Shown here piece after piece: positions 37,082-46,039 of a DNA stretch of 64,000 bases; within the stretch, counting starts at the first letter, position 1; each line of letters starts with the position of its first letter. Origin of the DNA: a bacterium (GTDB lineage Bacteria > UBA8248); the NCBI GenBank assembly GCA_963692865.2, contig OY843592.1:2688001-2752000 (forward strand). The letters are read 5' to 3'. Made by a program: the position numbers and the translations under genes. The notes under the pieces are model-generated. The model saw only the letters and a list, made by a program, of their open reading frames with translations, searched no databases and had not been told where the DNA came from.

Positions 37082-38266
37082 TCAGTCCTTCTGGGAGCCG
37101 ATCAGCGTGAATTTGCCGCCCTTCACTTGCCAGAAATAGACCGGTTTTTTGACCGTGTGATCGTCGTTGATGGTCACCGTATTGGTCAAAGGCTGCTCGA
37201 ACGTCTTTATTGCCACCAGAGCCTTGCGCATGTTCTCGCCGGTGATCGGCAGCTTCCTGTCCAGCACCCACTTGAAAAGCGCCGCCACGATGTAGGGCGC
37301 ATCATAGAAATATTGCGTGTAGGGCAGCCCGATGGGGGTGCGCTTGTACGCCTTTTTCCAACGCTCGAGATAGGCGGGCAGGTTCTTGTTGTCTTCCACG
37401 CTGGGAGCCAGTGCGGTCACGATGATGCCTTCTGCGCCCTTGCCCAACTGCTGGATCATCTTCGGATTAAAAGCCGTCTGGTAGCTGGTGATCTGGGTCT
37501 TCACGCCGAGTTGGCGCATCTGCGCGACGACGGCCGTAAAATCGCGGATCACGCTGTGGATGTGGATGATGTCGGGATTCGCCGCTTTTACCTTGAGCAC
37601 CAGTCCGGTGAAGTCCGAGCGTTCCTGCTCGTAGGACTCATAGACGACGACTTTACCGCCGGCCTTCTTGAAACTGTCGCTGAAAACCTTGGCCCCGTCC
37701 CGGCCCGTCTCGTGGTTCACGTGCAAGACGGCGGCGCGGCGCTTGCCCATCTTCTGATAGGCGTATTTGCCCAAGGCGTTCATATCCACGTCGGCCAGCG
37801 GGAAAGTCGTATAGACGTAATCGCCCAGCCGCGCGATGGCAGGGGCGTTCGCTCCCACGCTGAGCATCAACACCTTCTCGCGGTTGGCGATGGGCGCGAC
37901 CGCCTTGACCACGTTACTGAAAGCGGTGATGTACACGGGCACCTTCTCTACGTGGACGAAGCGGTTGACCACCGCGATGCCGACCTCGGGTTTCGCCTGA
38001 TGATCCAGAATGATGGCTTCGAGGGGATGGCCGTTGACGCCGCCCTTGGCGTTGATGTCCTCGACCGCCCAGCGGACCGCCTGCATCTGGTCCTTGCCGA
38101 AAATCGCGGCGGGTCCGGTCAGAGGGTCGGCGACCCCGAAGCGAAGCGGTTTCTTCTTGGCCGCCGATGAGGCACCCGCCAGCGGGCCGCCCATCAAACC
38201 AACCGCTACGACGAGCGCAACCCAGAAGGAAGCGCGTTTCAGAAGGCGCGAAAAGATATGGCTCAT
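37082..38266 (-). CDS. LivK-type substrate-binding protein
   Basis: Signal peptide, PLTGPAA..G, INAKGGVNG, DF...V.K.KAANPD, YDA. Confidence 0.92.
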   Translation of the reverse strand: MSHIFSRLLKRASFWVALVVAVGLMGGPLAGASSAAKKKPLRFGVADPLTGPAAIFGKDQMQAVRWAVEDINAKGGVNGHPLEAIILDHQAKPEVGIAVVNRFVHVEKVPVYITAFSNVVKAVAPIANREKVLMLSVGANAPAIARLGDYVYTTFPLADVDMNALGKYAYQKMGKRRAAVLHVNHETGRDGAKVFSDSFKKAGGKVVVYESYEQERSDFTGLVLKVKAANPDIIHIHSVIRDFTAVVAQMRQLGVKTQITSYQTAFNPKMIQQLGKGAEGIIVTALAPSVEDNKNLPAYLERWKKAYKRTPIGLPYTQYFYDAPYIVAALFKWVLDRKLPITGENMRKALVAIKTFEQPLTNTVTINDDHTVKKPVYFWQVKGGKFTLIGSQKD

Positions 38267-38411
38267 CGATTTTTCTCCCGTGTGGATATGGACTCAGAAT
38301 TCAACTGTTTGAGAGTGCGAAAATTACAACATGGCCCTTAGTTTCGTGTCAACGTTTACGCGAGGCAATCAACAGGCGCAGCAGAAATCCCAAAGAGCGG
38401 CGAGTTGAGCG

Positions 38412-39485
38412 TCACCTGCCGTGGGCGCGGTGGTACTGGTCGGCGACATAAGCCTCATCCATCACGCCGAGCGCGGCGGCCGCCTTTTGCGGCCAGTAGG
38501 GCTCACGCAGCATCTCGCGCGCCATGAAGACGATGTCGGCCTCGCCGTTTCGGACAATCTGATCCGCCTGCCAGGCCTGGGTGATCATACCCACGGTGGC
38601 GGTGGGAATTTCGGCACCTGCGCGCACGGCTTTTGAGAGCGGCGCCTGATAACCCGGCCCCACGGGAATCCTCGCCAGCGGCGTTCCTCCGCCCCCGCTG
38701 CAATCGATGAGATCGACGCCTTCGGTTTTCAGGATTCTGGCGAGTTCAATCGTTTCATCGAGCGTCCAGCCACCCTCGTAATAATCGGTGCACGAGAGGC
38801 GGATGGCCAGCGGCTTTTCCTCCGGCCATTGCTCCCTCACGATTCGGACGGTCTCCACAGTGAAGCGGATGCGGTTCTCGAAGCTGCCGCCGTAGTTGTC
38901 CTCCCTTTGGTTCGAAACCGGAGAATGGAAACTGTGGAAGAGATACCCGTGCGCGCCGTGGATTTCGAGCCACCCGAAACCCGCCTCGTCGGCGCGCCTC
39001 GCGCCCTGGCGAAACGCCTCCTGAATCTCGGCAATCGCCTCGACGCGCAACGCTTCGGGGGTACGCGCCTTCTCGTGAAACGGAATCGCGCTGGGCGCAA
39101 CGATCCGCCATCCGCCCTCCTCGTCGGAGAGATAACCCCCGCCCTCCCATGTGGGAGCGCAACTGCCCTTGCGGCCCGCGTGCCCTATCTGAATACCGGC
39201 GACGGCCCCTTGCCCCGAGACGAAACGCGCGACCCGCGCCAGCGGCTCGACATGCTCGTCCGACCAGATGCCCGAACAACCGCGCGTAATGCGCCCGCGC
39301 GCCTCCACGTTCGTCATCTCGACCATCACCAGACCCGCGCCGCCGACCGCGCGTGCGCCCAGGTGGACGAGATGCCAGTCGGTGAGCTTGCCCTCATCCG
39401 CGCTGTACTGACACATGGGGGACACGCAAATCCGGTTTCTGAGCGTGACGCCCCGCAATGAAAACGCATCGAAAAGTTTCGCCAT
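38412..39485 (-). CDS. NADH:flavin oxidoreductase (Old Yellow Enzyme, YqjM/NamA-like)
   Basis: SPMCQYSA, QIGHAGRK, EIHGAHGYL, YGGSFENR, R..LREPYW. Confidence 0.93.
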   Translation of the reverse strand: MAKLFDAFSLRGVTLRNRICVSPMCQYSADEGKLTDWHLVHLGARAVGGAGLVMVEMTNVEARGRITRGCSGIWSDEHVEPLARVARFVSGQGAVAGIQIGHAGRKGSCAPTWEGGGYLSDEEGGWRIVAPSAIPFHEKARTPEALRVEAIAEIQEAFRQGARRADEAGFGWLEIHGAHGYLFHSFHSPVSNQREDNYGGSFENRIRFTVETVRIVREQWPEEKPLAIRLSCTDYYEGGWTLDETIELARILKTEGVDLIDCSGGGGTPLARIPVGPGYQAPLSKAVRAGAEIPTATVGMITQAWQADQIVRNGEADIVFMAREMLREPYWPQKAAAALGVMDEAYVADQYHRAHGR

Positions 39486-39575
39486 CTTTCCTCTCGTCCC
39501 TCAAAAGCTCAAGAAAAATCCTCCGGGCGGCGCTTGAGAATCCCGCCCGGAGGAGAAAAACGAATAAGTTGCTAC

Positions 39576-40364
39576 TTACGGCGTCGCCCTGCGTCCGCCG
39601 CCGTCCATGTAGAGGGAGCTTCCGTTCACGTAAGAACACGCGGCGGAGGCCAGGAACGCCGCGACGTTCGCCACCTCCTCGGGCTCGGCGATCCTCCCGG
39701 CGGGCGTCCGCGCGCCGACATCTTTCAAAAACTCCTCCACGTCCTTGCCCGCCTTGTCCGCAGGTCCCTGCATGATGTCGCGCGCGCGCTGCGTGTTCGT
39801 CATGCCCGGGCAGACGGTGTTCACCTGAATGCCCTCTCCCGCCACGGCGTCCGAGAGGGCTCTCGTGTTGTTGAGCACCGTGATGTTCGCAGCGCTCGTG
39901 GGGATGTTTCCCCGCGCGGGACTCGTTCCCGCTCCACCCGCGATGTTCACGATGCGGCCCCAGCCGTTTTTCTTCATGTGGGGGATCACCAACTGGGACA
40001 TTCGCAGATATCCATACGTCTTGAGCGCGAGCGCCTCGGTGATGAACTCCGCGTCGAGCGTCAGGATGTCTCCGCCCCGCGCCGCGCCCGCGCTGTTGAT
40101 GAGAATGTCCACGCCGCCGAAATTCGCGACGCACGCATCGACCACCTGCCGGCAGCCATCAAGCGAGGTCAGGTCCGAGGAGACGGACATTCCCTCGCCT
40201 CCCGCGGCGTTCACGGCCTCCACCGCTGTGGCCAATAGTCCCTCATCACGCGCCGTGACGCACACGCGGGCGCCTTCTCTCGCCAGCGCAATCGCGCATT
40301 CACGGCCGATGCCCCGGCTCGCGCCCGTTACGATGGCAATCTTTCCCGTCAAACCTAGGTCCAT
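39576..40364 (-). CDS. SDR family oxidoreductase (atypical catalytic motif)
   Basis: TGASRGIG, NSAG, VCPG, DGG; YxxxK position reads TSAAN. Confidence 0.9.
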   Translation of the reverse strand: MDLGLTGKIAIVTGASRGIGRECAIALAREGARVCVTARDEGLLATAVEAVNAAGGEGMSVSSDLTSLDGCRQVVDACVANFGGVDILINSAGAARGGDILTLDAEFITEALALKTYGYLRMSQLVIPHMKKNGWGRIVNIAGGAGTSPARGNIPTSAANITVLNNTRALSDAVAGEGIQVNTVCPGMTNTQRARDIMQGPADKAGKDVEEFLKDVGARTPAGRIAEPEEVANVAAFLASAACSYVNGSSLYMDGGGRRATP

Positions 40365-40405
40365 CTTTTTCTCCTTAGAAAATCATAAAATAAAAAGGAT
40401 ATCTC

Positions 40406-41494
40406 CTAAGCCAGCACGAGCTGGCAAGGATTCGTGGCGCGGTATTCCGCCTTCTTGTCGGTGATCTCCATCACGCGGGGCAGGCTTTCGATCCCGTGCT
40501 CCTCGTGCGTGATGAGGGAGCGCACGTCTATCCTCCCGCTGGCCACCCACTTCCCGCCCAGCGCCACGGTGTCCGCGCCGTGTCCTTCCGGGAAAATCCA
40601 CTGAATCCCCTGCGCGCGCATGAAGACCGGGTCGAATTTCACGTCTCCGATCAAACCCGCTATCTGGATGACGCGCCCGCCGATGCGCACCATGCGCGTC
40701 GCCTGGTGAAGCGTGGTGTGGCCGGAGAGGCCCTGATCCGCGTTACCGCCCGCGCACTCGAATACGAGGTCGACGCCCCGGCCCTCCGTGATAGCCATCA
40801 CCCTCTCCACGGGGTCGTCGGTTCTCGCGTCGATGACTTCGTCCGCACCGAATTTGCGGCTCAAGGCGAGGGCTTCATCCTTCACGTCGCTCACGTAGAC
40901 GGCGCCCGCCCCGCAGGTGCGCGCGGCCTGCAAAGCGTAGAGGCCCATGACCCCCTGCCCGGTGATGGCCACCGTCTCGCCCGGCTGTACCTTCGCGTCG
41001 CGCATGGCGGCGACCGTGGAGGAAAGCGGCTGAAGACAGGCGATGGAAGAATCGTCCAGCGTCTGCGGCGGCTTCACGAGGCCGTGCGCCGGAAGCGGGA
41101 TGTATTCGGCGAACGCCCCCGGCGTGTTGATGCCCACGTGCAGCTTGTCGATGCAGTACATCTCCCGGCCCTCGCGGCAGAAACTGCACTCGAGACACGG
41201 AACGTGGCCCGAGGTGCACACCCTGTCGCCCGGCTTGAGATGCTCGACGCCATCGCCCACCTCGACGACTTCCGCGCTCATCTCATGCCCCAGCAACTGG
41301 ACGGGCGCGTGCTTTTCGAGCATTTCCCTCATAAGCGCCGAATTGATGGTTCCGATGCCCAGGGATCTCTGTACGTCTGTAATGCTCGGCTGCACCCGCC
41401 GCACCTTGCACACGGCCCAGCCCGGCTTCACCTCGGGGTCAGGCACTTCATCCAATCGCATATCGCCAAAGGCGTAGAAACGCCACGCTCTCAT
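40406..41494 (-). CDS. MDR/zinc-binding alcohol dehydrogenase family protein
   Basis: GHE motif, structural-Zn CLECSFC...C, GQGVMG. Confidence 0.9.
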   Translation of the reverse strand: MRAWRFYAFGDMRLDEVPDPEVKPGWAVCKVRRVQPSITDVQRSLGIGTINSALMREMLEKHAPVQLLGHEMSAEVVEVGDGVEHLKPGDRVCTSGHVPCLECSFCREGREMYCIDKLHVGINTPGAFAEYIPLPAHGLVKPPQTLDDSSIACLQPLSSTVAAMRDAKVQPGETVAITGQGVMGLYALQAARTCGAGAVYVSDVKDEALALSRKFGADEVIDARTDDPVERVMAITEGRGVDLVFECAGGNADQGLSGHTTLHQATRMVRIGGRVIQIAGLIGDVKFDPVFMRAQGIQWIFPEGHGADTVALGGKWVASGRIDVRSLITHEEHGIESLPRVMEITDKKAEYRATNPCQLVLA

Positions 41495-41622
41495 GCTTGC
41501 GAATCCTCCATGTATAAAGGCAAACTCACCGCAATAGCTCTTAACACTCTTTTCCCCATCCGCCAAGACGGGGCGGGGGGATTTATTTGCGCGCCGCTTT
41601 CCAGCCCGCGCAGGGAGAAAAC

Positions 41623-42672
41623 ATGCCGGACATCAAGGTTCAAGCGAAAGACCTCCACGCCTATCTCGCGCGCGTCTATCAGGCTCTCGCCTTGCCCGAG
41701 GCGGACGCCAATGCTTGCGCAGCCCAGATTGTGGACGCCGAACTGAGGGGCGTGAGTTCGCACGGGTGCGTTCGTTTCGGGGTTTTTGTAGAGCGCCTGA
41801 AAAGCGGAACGGCGAACCCGAGACCTCATGTGCGAACCATCACCGATCTGCCCGCCTTTTCTCTCCTGGACGGGGACTACGGCATGAGCGCCGTCGTCGC
41901 GCGTCGCGCCATGGAGGCCGCCATCGAGAAGGCGAAGACCGGCGGGGTGGGCGCGGCAGCGATCCGAAAATCCTCCCACACGGGCCACATCGGCTATTTC
42001 GCCGCCATGGCGCTCGAACACGACATGATCGGGGTGGTCATCAGCGGCGCGGTGGGAAACCTCGCACCCTGGGGCGGTTTCGAGAGAATGATAGGAAACA
42101 ACCCGGTGGCCTTCGCGGTTCCCTCGAACCAGGAATATCCCATTCTTTTCGACATCGCCACGTCCAAGGTGGCGAGAGGCTACGTGCTCCTGGCCGCCAG
42201 GACGGGGGAGCCGATTCCCGAGGGCTGGGCGCTCGACCCCGCAGGCAACCCGACCACGGACGCCGCCCTCGCCGCCAAGGGAACCATGCTGCCTCTGGGC
42301 GATTACAAGGGATACGGCCTGGCGCTCATGTTCACCTTCCTGACGGGCGCGCTGTCGGGCAACGGCTTCGACGCAGATCAGCCCGACTGGCTGGAGACGG
42401 ATAAACCCTTCGGCCTGCCCATGTTCGCCATGGCGATTGACCCGGAGAGATGCCTGGGCGGCGACTACAAGGCGGCGGTGGATGAAGCCGTGGCGCGCAT
42501 CAAGGCGTCCGGTCTGGCGCCCGGCTTCGATGAAATCCGCATTCCGGGCGAAGGCGCTCACCGCAGGTACGAGGCTGCATTGTCCGAGGGCATTACTATC
42601 AAAGAAGCGCTCGCCGAGGAATTGGGCCGGATAGCGGCGGAGATGGGCGTAGCGCCCTTGCCCAAGGGCTGA
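41623..42672 (+). CDS. LDH2/MDH2 (ComC-like) oxidoreductase, copy 2
   Basis: AELRGVSSHG, SSHTG, GNNP, DIATS, YKGYGL, IPGE. Confidence 0.92.
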   Translation: MPDIKVQAKDLHAYLARVYQALALPEADANACAAQIVDAELRGVSSHGCVRFGVFVERLKSGTANPRPHVRTITDLPAFSLLDGDYGMSAVVARRAMEAAIEKAKTGGVGAAAIRKSSHTGHIGYFAAMALEHDMIGVVISGAVGNLAPWGGFERMIGNNPVAFAVPSNQEYPILFDIATSKVARGYVLLAARTGEPIPEGWALDPAGNPTTDAALAAKGTMLPLGDYKGYGLALMFTFLTGALSGNGFDADQPDWLETDKPFGLPMFAMAIDPERCLGGDYKAAVDEAVARIKASGLAPGFDEIRIPGEGAHRRYEAALSEGITIKEALAEELGRIAAEMGVAPLPKG

Positions 42673-42807
42673 GAAATATCCCCGCCTTTGTTGAATTGTC
42701 GGCCCCCATGCGCTAGTTTTATGGCTCGTTGATTGGAAGTTCCTCAAATATCCATCACATGACCGGGTGCGAGGCGTTTCGCGCCCTGAATTTTTGAAGG
42801 AGAAGAC

Positions 42808-43101
42808 ATGCCGGTAACCGCGATGATCATCGAAGAAGGAGACAACGTCGCCACCTGCCTCGAAAAGGTGGCGAAGGGAGGCTCCGTCCGCCTCATGCTC
42901 AACGGGAAAATGGGCAAGACGCTCAAGGCCAATCAGGCGATTCCCTACATCCACAAAATCTGCATCAAGCCCCTGAAAAAGGGCGAGCACTGCATGAAAT
43001 ACGGCCTGTCCATCGGCGTGGCGAGCAAGGACATCAAGGTGGGCGACTACATTCACGTACACAACATAGAGAGCGCCCGCGGCCGCGGCGACCTCGCGTA
43101 G
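42808..43101 (+). CDS. UxaA/SuyA-like SAF-domain small subunit
   Basis: DNVA, IP..HK, KYG..IG.A..DI..G..IHVHN. Confidence 0.92.
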   Translation: MPVTAMIIEEGDNVATCLEKVAKGGSVRLMLNGKMGKTLKANQAIPYIHKICIKPLKKGEHCMKYGLSIGVASKDIKVGDYIHVHNIESARGRGDLA

Positions 43102-43116
43102 AGAAGGAGGTCCACC

Positions 43117-44328
43117 ATGGCCAGAAGAAACGGAAGAGGCGCAAGCGCACCGAAACGTCTGCGAAAAACCTGGTGGGGATATCCCCGGGAAAACGGGGAC
43201 GTGGGCGCGAGAAACTACCTGCTCGTGCTGAGCGGCACCCTTTACGCCAACCCCACGTGCGAGCGCGTCGCCAGAACTTTGCGCCATAGCGTCGCCCTCA
43301 CCCACCCTTTGGGCCGCTGCCAGATAGGCCCCGACATCCAGCGCACGTTCGAGACCCTCGTCGGACATGGGCAGAACGCCAACGCGGGCGCCGTGATCGT
43401 CATCGATCACCACCGCGAGGAAGGCTGCACGGCGGACGAAATCGCCCATGAAATCGCCAAAACGGGCAAACGGGTGGAGGCGCTCAACATCCGCGAGGAC
43501 GGGGGCGCGATAGACGCCACCGCCAAGGCCACGCGCATCGGCATGGAGATGCTCAGGGAACTCACGAACGAACGCCGCCAGGAAGTCTCCGTGAGCAAGC
43601 TCCTGTTGGGCCTAAACTGTGGGACGTCGGACACCACTTCGGGCCTCTCGCACAACAAGGCCACCGGCTGGGTGACGGACCAGGTGGTCAAGCAGGGCGG
43701 ACGCGCGCTCCTGGCCGAAACCACCGAGATGATGGGCGGCGAGAGCGTGCTGGCCGACAAATGCGTGAGGCCGGCCCTGGGCAAACGCATCTGGAAAATG
43801 GTGGAGGAGATGGAAGAGCGCATCCTCGCCTGCGGCGTCGACCTCAGGGGCAGCCAGCCCACTGGGGACAACATGGAGGGCGGCCTGACCACGATTGAAG
43901 AAAAATCCCTGGGCGCCATCCAGAAGGCGGGTTCGGCCCCCATCGTAGACGTGATCTCCTGGGCGAAACGCGCGAACCGCAGAGGCGGCCTCCACGTGAT
44001 GGATACACCGGGCCACGGGGGAGAGTCCATTACCGGCATCGCGGCGGGCGGCTCTCAGGTGCTCATCTTCTCCACGGGCGGCGGCCACACCATCAACCAC
44101 CCCCTGATGAGCACCATACGCATAACGGGCAACCCGCTTTCCGCGAAGCTGCAGGCCGACACCACGGACGTGGACGTGACGGACATTTTCGAAGGCGCGC
44201 CCATCGAAGTGGCGGGACGGCGCGTCTACGACGAGGTAATAGAAGTCGCGAGCGGGAAGATGACGAAGGCCGAAATTCTGCACGAAGACAACGCCTTCGC
44301 CATCAACCGGAATGGGCCCAGCGTCTAG
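43117..44328 (+). CDS. UxaA/GarD/SuyB-like dehydratase/sulfo-lyase large subunit
   Basis: GY.RENG.VG.RN, CG.SD..SG, ETTE..G.E, GGLTTIEEKSLGA, FSTG.G. Confidence 0.92.
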   Translation: MARRNGRGASAPKRLRKTWWGYPRENGDVGARNYLLVLSGTLYANPTCERVARTLRHSVALTHPLGRCQIGPDIQRTFETLVGHGQNANAGAVIVIDHHREEGCTADEIAHEIAKTGKRVEALNIREDGGAIDATAKATRIGMEMLRELTNERRQEVSVSKLLLGLNCGTSDTTSGLSHNKATGWVTDQVVKQGGRALLAETTEMMGGESVLADKCVRPALGKRIWKMVEEMEERILACGVDLRGSQPTGDNMEGGLTTIEEKSLGAIQKAGSAPIVDVISWAKRANRRGGLHVMDTPGHGGESITGIAAGGSQVLIFSTGGGHTINHPLMSTIRITGNPLSAKLQADTTDVDVTDIFEGAPIEVAGRRVYDEVIEVASGKMTKAEILHEDNAFAINRNGPSV

Positions 44329-44341
44329 GAGATTCATCGCC

Positions 44342-44374
44342 AACCCCCGGAGGATGCCCTCCGGGGGTTTGTTT
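44342..44374 (+). terminator. rho-independent terminator
   Basis: AACCCCCGGAGG/CCTCCGGGGGTT followed by TGTTT. Confidence 0.78.
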
Positions 44375-44416
44375 CACGCGGCAGGCGACGCAGATGCCCA
44401 TTGCCCGAGGCCTTAG

Positions 44417-44989
44417 ATGAATCCCCTCCCCTACACCGAGGCCATCGCGAAGCTCGCCGAAGAGGAGCGGGGGGACGGCTGGCTTGCATTCTGTGAGGGG
44501 GAAAGCCTCTACCAGCTTCCCGTGGTCGAGTGGCTGGACGCGCTGGGTGAGGAAATCGCCGCCCTTGCTCACAAGTCGCCTCTGGAGATCGGAGCCGGGG
44601 ACGCCACAATCGGGAAAGCGCTACAAGAGCGCGGCGTGAACCTGAAACTCACGGATCCGGCCGGGAGCGATGGAGTCGAAACCCTGAAAGCACAGGATGC
44701 GCTTGTCGCTTACGCACCCGATTTCGTGTTCTCCTGCTGGCTGCCGTTCGATTCGGGCGTGGATCGCGTGATTTTAGGCGCGAAGAGCATCCGCTGGTAT
44801 CTGACGGTGGTGCAGCAGGGACCAGGCTACGCCGGGAGCGAAGCACTGTGGGACACGCCCGGCTGGAGTGTGCGGGAGTTGAGCGGAGTGAACCGATGGT
44901 CGGTTTCGCGGGCGGATTTTCTGAGCGAGATAGACTCCGGCGAGCACGTCCGGCACGGGATGGCCTATCTGTTCACGCGTGAGGATTGA
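44417..44989 (+). CDS. hypothetical protein with SAM-methyltransferase-like motif I
   Basis: LEIGAGD, TD, F.CWLP; stop abuts the next ATG. Confidence 0.65.
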   Translation: MNPLPYTEAIAKLAEEERGDGWLAFCEGESLYQLPVVEWLDALGEEIAALAHKSPLEIGAGDATIGKALQERGVNLKLTDPAGSDGVETLKAQDALVAYAPDFVFSCWLPFDSGVDRVILGAKSIRWYLTVVQQGPGYAGSEALWDTPGWSVRELSGVNRWSVSRADFLSEIDSGEHVRHGMAYLFTRED

Positions 44990-46039
44990 ATGAGCGGACA
45001 CACGACGGGCGAGAAACTCCACGTCTTTCTGAATCGGGTCTTCAACAAACTGGGCATGCCTGAAGAAGACGCCGCCTGGACGGCGGAGACGCTCGTGGCG
45101 GCAGAGTTGCGCGGCGTCACCAGCCACGGCGTCATCCGCATGCCGCACTACGCCAAGCGCCTGGAAGTGAACCTGGCGAATCCGACTCCGAATTTCAAAG
45201 TCATAAAAGACGCCGGCGCGCTCGCGCTCGCAGACGGCGATAACGGTATGGGGCAAGTAGTATCCAAGCGCGCGATGAAAGAGGCCATCGCCCGCGCCGG
45301 CGAGCACAACGTGGGCGTCGTGCTGCTCAAGGAGAGCAACCATTTCGGCGCCGCCGCGACGTATGCCGCCATGGCCCCCGAAGCGGGCATGGTCGGACTC
45401 GTTACGACGAACACGCTGCGCGTCCTGCCTCCCGCGGGAGGAAAAGAGGCCAGGATCGGCAACAATCCCGTCTCCATCGCCCTGCCGAGCGACCCGCCCA
45501 TGGTGCTGGACATGGCGCTTTCCGTCGTGGCGCGAGGCTACATTATCGAGGCGGCGCGCGCGGGCGAACTCATCCCCGAGGGATGGGGGCTGGACAAGGA
45601 AGGAAGGCCCACCACCGACCCCAACGAGGTTCTCGAAAGCTCCCTGCTCTCTCCCATCGCAGGCTACAAGGGAAGCGGGCTTTCCATCGCCATCGACGCC
45701 ATACTCGGCTCCCTCGCGGGTGGAGGCCACAGCCACGAAATCGTGGGCATCAACGAGTTTCATGGACAAAGCCGCGTCACGAGCGTTTTCGTCGCCGTCA
45801 ACGTCGAGGCGCTGCTTCCGGTAGCGCAGTTCCGCACCGCCGCCAACGCTTTTATTTCCATCATCAAGGCGACGCCCAAGGCGGCGGGCGTTGAGACGAT
45901 TTACATGCCGGGTGAGATCGAGCATCAAGTCGAGATGAAGCGAAGGCGCGAGGGGTTCGAACTCTCGCCCGAGCGCCTCGCCGAGCTCGATGAAATCGCC
46001 CAAAGGCTCGACCTCCCCCCCTTGGAGCGCGTGCAATGA
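44990..46039 (+). CDS. LDH2/MDH2 oxidoreductase, copy 3
   Basis: AELRGVTSHG, SNHFG, GNNP, DMALS, YKGSGL, MPGE. Confidence 0.92.
   Translation: MSGHTTGEKLHVFLNRVFNKLGMPEEDAAWTAETLVAAELRGVTSHGVIRMPHYAKRLEVNLANPTPNFKVIKDAGALALADGDNGMGQVVSKRAMKEAIARAGEHNVGVVLLKESNHFGAAATYAAMAPEAGMVGLVTTNTLRVLPPAGGKEARIGNNPVSIALPSDPPMVLDMALSVVARGYIIEAARAGELIPEGWGLDKEGRPTTDPNEVLESSLLSPIAGYKGSGLSIAIDAILGSLAGGGHSHEIVGINEFHGQSRVTSVFVAVNVEALLPVAQFRTAANAFISIIKATPKAAGVETIYMPGEIEHQVEMKRRREGFELSPERLAELDEIAQRLDLPPLERVQ

Noticed and set aside
41491-43449. 652-aa minus-strand ORF
   Set aside because: Antisense to LDH2, SAF and UxaA-like genes that carry clear motifs; typical high-GC shadow
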